DNA from: an uncultured Spirochaetota bacterium
GTDB taxonomy: Bacteria; Spirochaetota; Spirochaetia; SZUA-6; Fen-1364
Assembly (NCBI GenBank): GCA_963845535.1
Contig: CAWJSK010000015.1
Location: 288,001 to 352,000, forward strand
Reading direction: 5' to 3'
Length of the DNA: 64,000 bases
Shown here in pieces: positions 60,538 through 64,000 of the stretch (position 1 is the stretch's first letter; each line of letters begins with the position of its first letter). The position numbers and the translations under genes were made by a program. The notes beneath the pieces are model-generated. The model was not told the DNA's origin. It saw only the letters and a list, made by a program, of their open reading frames with translations, and did not search any database.

Positions 60538-60993
60538 ATGAAAAGGGCGGTTGCATTCCTCTTTGCTGGGGCTCTGGTGCTCGCGAGCATGCCGGTGTTC
60601 GCTCAGACGCAGACGTCGCAGGCACAGCCCTCACAGCCCCCGTCCACCCAGCAGGGGTATCCGAAGGAAGTGTACGTAAAGAACATCCCGGTCTTCAAGA
60701 TTCTCGTGCATCCCCTTGGATACAAGATCCTCTACTGGAAGAGCGACATGACGATTGCGGCCATGTACGTGCCCTTGACGTGGTTCACGGGCACCGTCAC
60801 CTCGACCGCAGACATCACGTATGGGAACACCCCGGACAGGCCTTACGTGTCCATCAGGTGGGTGGACGGCAAGTTCGACCACTTCACCATAAACGCGCAG
60901 TCCGACATGATGGGTCCCACGTGGGGGCAACTGGACCCGACTCTCAACCTGACGGCGCAGTTCAACATCCAGGAACCGGTCCGAGATTTCTAA
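60538..60993 (+). CDS. Exported hypothetical protein
   Basis: AGGAGG RBS, signal peptide (VFA-Q), beta-rich mature part. Confidence 0.75.
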   Translation: MKRAVAFLFAGALVLASMPVFAQTQTSQAQPSQPPSTQQGYPKEVYVKNIPVFKILVHPLGYKILYWKSDMTIAAMYVPLTWFTGTVTSTADITYGNTPDRPYVSIRWVDGKFDHFTINAQSDMMGPTWGQLDPTLNLTAQFNIQEPVRDF

Positions 60994-61007
60994 GACCGCC
61001 GGTCCGC

Positions 61008-62186
61008 ATGCTGGATATCGAAAAGCCTCGAACAGCCATTCGCGAAGAAGGGCTATCCGCGTGGCTTCTTGTCAACGTTTTCCACCGGGACGAGATTGCC
61101 GACATCGTGCTCGACGTCCCCGCTCACCGTACCAACACGCGGCCCTGGATGTGCATCCTCTTCCCTGACAGGCCGCCGCTGAAAATTGTCCACCGCATTG
61201 AAGCCTCCATCCTGGATCACGTACCCGGCCAGTCCACCCTGTATTCCACGCGGCAGGAGCTCACGGCCGCTTTGTCCCGGAACCTGCCGCAGGGCGGCAC
61301 CGTGGCCGCGGACTTCTCCCAGACTATTCCGGTGGGCTCGTTCCTTGACCACGGCACCGCCTTGCTTGTGGAGACGTGCGGTTGCAGGCTTGTCCCTGCT
61401 GAGAACATCGTTGCCCGGTGTCTTGGCACGCTGGACTCCGAAGGATTGAGGTCCCACGAAGAGGCGGCGGACGTTCTGTATTCCGCAGTCGAGGAAGCGT
61501 GGGCCCTTGTCAGGCAAAGGTTTGGCAGTCGCGGGGGCCCGCGTGTCCTGCACGAAGGGGATCTTCAAGACCTGATCTATCGACGCATCTCGGATGCAGG
61601 CCTGGTCACTGACGGTCCTCCTATCGTGGGCGCCGGGGCTCATTCCTCTGATCCGCACTACACGGTCCAAGGTTCGGGCGCCGAGCTGGCGCCCGGGGAC
61701 GTGATCCAGCTCGACATGTGGGCAAAGAAAGACTCAATGGGAGCGGTGTATGCCGATATCTCCTGGGTCGGCGTCGTGGCCCGGGAGCCCTCCACCGATC
61801 AGGCGCGCGCTTTCGACGCCGTAGTGCAGGCCCGGGAAGCCGCCGTGGCGACACTGGTCACCGGCCTCAAGGAGGGGAGGCCGGTGCGCGGCGCGGACGT
61901 GGATGCCGCTGCCCGCGGGACGCTTGTCGCGCGGGGCTATGGGGATTACCTCCGTCACCGCACGGGGCACTCCATTGGCGGCCGCGTGCATGGTTTCGGC
62001 GTGAACCTCGACTCGGTGGAGTTTCCGGACACGAGGGTGATCCCGGAAGGGGCCTGCTTCTCCATCGAGCCAGGGGTCTACCTTCCGGGGTTCGGCATGC
62101 GGACCGAGATCGACTGCGTGATACGCGGCGGCAAGGTCGAGATTACCGGCAGGGCGCGCCAGCAGACTTTGCTGGTGTTGGAGTAA
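61008..62186 (+). CDS. M24 family (Xaa-Pro) metallopeptidase
   Basis: DPHY, QLDMW, YADI, HRTGHSIG, SIEPGVY, RTE. Confidence 0.92.
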   Translation: MLDIEKPRTAIREEGLSAWLLVNVFHRDEIADIVLDVPAHRTNTRPWMCILFPDRPPLKIVHRIEASILDHVPGQSTLYSTRQELTAALSRNLPQGGTVAADFSQTIPVGSFLDHGTALLVETCGCRLVPAENIVARCLGTLDSEGLRSHEEAADVLYSAVEEAWALVRQRFGSRGGPRVLHEGDLQDLIYRRISDAGLVTDGPPIVGAGAHSSDPHYTVQGSGAELAPGDVIQLDMWAKKDSMGAVYADISWVGVVAREPSTDQARAFDAVVQAREAAVATLVTGLKEGRPVRGADVDAAARGTLVARGYGDYLRHRTGHSIGGRVHGFGVNLDSVEFPDTRVIPEGACFSIEPGVYLPGFGMRTEIDCVIRGGKVEITGRARQQTLLVLE

Positions 62187-62190
62187 GGGC

Positions 62191-63153
62191 ATGTCGTCGA
62201 AGAATGATGCAATCGATTTCCTTCGCGCGCACGAGTCCTTCCTCATCCTGGGGCACAAGGAGCCTGACGGAGATTGCATTGCCTCCGAGATAACGACCGC
62301 CACCATCGTCTCGGCTCTGGGCAAGAAAGCTGACATCTATTCAGTCGGCCCGTTCGACCGGCCAGAAATCGAGAGTTTTGCGGATCAGTTCACGTCGGTG
62401 ATCCCCAAGGAAAAGCTCGACGGCGCCGCCGTCATCATCGTGGACTGCTCCACGCCGGACCGCACCGGTGATCTTGGGGCCGTCGTGGACGGACTGCCCA
62501 CCCTCGTGATCGACCATCATTCGGCTGGTGAGACGTTCGGCACGGTCCGCTACGTCGATGACTCCGCCCCTTCCACGACGTTTCTGTTGTTTTCCCTCTT
62601 CGAGACGCTGCAGATACCCGTAGAGCCGCAGACAGCGAACCTCCTCTTGTTCGGCTTCTGCACTGACACGGGCTTTTTCCGCCATCTCGGCCCGAGAAGC
62701 CCGGAAATATTCCAGACGCTTTCGCGGATAGCTGCCTGTGGGACGTCGCCGCAGGAAGTCTACATGATGATCTACGGAGGCCGTGATCTCTCGGGAAGAA
62801 AGATGCTCGGAGAGCTCCTCCTTCGGGTGGAAGAGCACGCGGAGGGCAAACTCCTGGTCACCTGGCAGACCATGGAGGACAGGCGCCGTCATGGCGCGCG
62901 CCAACGCGGCGAGGATGAGATGTACCGCCTGCTCCAGACGGTCCGCGGGGCAGTGGCGGTGGCTTTTGTGAAGGAAGAAAGTGCCGGCAAGTTCTCTGTG
63001 GGGCTGCGCTCCAACGCCTCCCTCGACGTCGGAAAGATTGCGTCGAGCTTTGGCGGCGGCGGTCACCGTCAAGCTGCCGGGTTCGACGCCACCGGGACTC
63101 TTGAGTCTGTCAAAGACGCCGTGGTCAGGGCTTTCGCCTCTTTGCTTTCGTAG
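62191..63153 (+). CDS. nrnA: DHH/DHHA1 phosphoesterase (NrnA-like oligoribonuclease/pAp phosphatase)
   Basis: HKEPDGDC, VDC, IDHH, DTGFF, GGGGHRQAAG. Confidence 0.9.
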   Translation: MSSKNDAIDFLRAHESFLILGHKEPDGDCIASEITTATIVSALGKKADIYSVGPFDRPEIESFADQFTSVIPKEKLDGAAVIIVDCSTPDRTGDLGAVVDGLPTLVIDHHSAGETFGTVRYVDDSAPSTTFLLFSLFETLQIPVEPQTANLLLFGFCTDTGFFRHLGPRSPEIFQTLSRIAACGTSPQEVYMMIYGGRDLSGRKMLGELLLRVEEHAEGKLLVTWQTMEDRRRHGARQRGEDEMYRLLQTVRGAVAVAFVKEESAGKFSVGLRSNASLDVGKIASSFGGGGHRQAAGFDATGTLESVKDAVVRAFASLLS

Positions 63154-63165
63154 CGGCGCTCCCAC

Positions 63166-63195
63166 CGAACGTAAACGAATGTAAGCGAATGTAAA
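63166..63195 (+). repeat. Three tandem 10-bp repeats CGAAYGTAAR
   Basis: CGAACGTAAA CGAATGTAAG CGAATGTAAA in the intergenic region. Confidence 0.7.
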
Positions 63196-63337
63196 GAATC
63201 GCCCGTCTACGGGCTTTTCTGACGCCCTAACCTGGCATGCGGTTTGCTCTTCCTCCCCACCGTAAGTTCGGCCTGTCTGGGCCTTCCCGGCAGCTGAGTC
63301 TTGCCGGCTCCGAGCCCTGGCCGCCAGGAGGAAAAGC

Positions 63338-64000
63338 GTGGGAAGCCTTACTGAAAAAGTCCTTCACTACCAGAGGACGCGAAGCGGTCTTGCGGATCTC
63401 ATGAACGATCTTGCCCGCCGGGTCTATGTCTACCCTCGGCGCAGGATGGGCTGGGATGAGGACGCGTGCGGGGAGTTTTATCTGTTCTTCCATCCCCGGC
63501 TCATCCGGCTTCTCGACAGGTTCCGAGACCAGGGCAAGCCGTTCGAGTCATACCTGTGCTCCGTGCTGGGATGGCAGCTTCGCAATTTTGCGCGGGAGCG
63601 AAAGCGCGGAGAAAGGTCCTGGAATGTAGCATTGCGGATCGAACCAGGCAGGGCCGAAGCGCAGGTGGAAGGCGCCCAGGCGGAAGCCGCCCGGGCGGAC
63701 GAAACGCAGGCGGAAGGCGCCATCGAGGAAAAGGACGACGCAATGGTCTTGCCCCCGGGCGGCGCTGAGATTGCCCGGCACATTTGCACGCCTACGGATC
63801 GCAGGAACTTCCTGTTCCTCATCCTGAAATGCTCGCGAAACCTCGACCCCGGGAAATGCTCAGCTCTTGCGAACCTGGCGGGCACCTCCTCTGGGCGCCT
63901 GGCCGACCTTCTGAGCGAGCTGCGCCAAGCCGGGGCGCCGCGGGAGGCCAGGCTGGAAGTCTTTTGCCGCAGGCGAAACGCCGCCTTCTCCCAGATCCGC
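63338..64000 (+). CDS. Hypothetical protein with sigma-factor region-2-like N-terminus; runs off the window end
   Basis: AGGAGG RBS, GTG start, WDEDACGEFYLFFHPRLIRLLDRFRDQGKPFESYL; open to 64000. Confidence 0.6.
   Translation, partial: MGSLTEKVLHYQRTRSGLADLMNDLARRVYVYPRRRMGWDEDACGEFYLFFHPRLIRLLDRFRDQGKPFESYLCSVLGWQLRNFARERKRGERSWNVALRIEPGRAEAQVEGAQAEAARADETQAEGAIEEKDDAMVLPPGGAEIARHICTPTDRRNFLFLILKCSRNLDPGKCSALANLAGTSSGRLADLLSELRQAGAPREARLEVFCRRRNAAFSQIR

Noticed and set aside
60378..61007. N-terminal extension making a 602-aa M24 peptidase
   Set aside because: Overlaps the exported-protein gene in another frame; the peptidase starts at 61008

Overview
Bacterial chromosome segment, most likely from a free-living spirochaete (inferred from the style of the tRNA-linked integrase and the conserved genes at the right end; not verified). 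Left (1-11.6 kb): a flavin oxidoreductase, a TetR-led operon and a xylan-utilisation locus (sugar ABC transporter, GH10 xylanase, GH43 xylosidase). Middle (~11.6-56.6 kb): a mosaic, partly decayed accessory region ending at a fragmented tyrosine integrase next to tRNA-Leu(GAG). It holds (i) a tyrosine recombinase-RHH-paralogue-pair module, one paralogue with a histone-H1-like tail; (ii) a LuxR-type regulator flanked by two near-identical outward-facing operator/-10 promoters that point at secreted barrel-like proteins; (iii) a precisely delimited 3,138-bp three-gene transposon with TG..CA ends and a 6-bp target duplication that splits a gene; (iv) a MarR/radical-SAM/MFS-AKR fusion operon; (v) IS256, IS21, IS630 and IS5/IS1182-like elements or remnants; (vi) two 351-bp direct repeats around a two-component/ArsB/USP block and a sugar-ABC plus ArgH-like lyase block. 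Right (56.8-64 kb): housekeeping genes (nagA, an ArcE/cDPGS-like P-loop enzyme coupled to ornithine carbamoyltransferase, M24 peptidase, NrnA). No CRISPR array or rRNA was seen. All family calls come from motif recognition by eye; no database searches were run.
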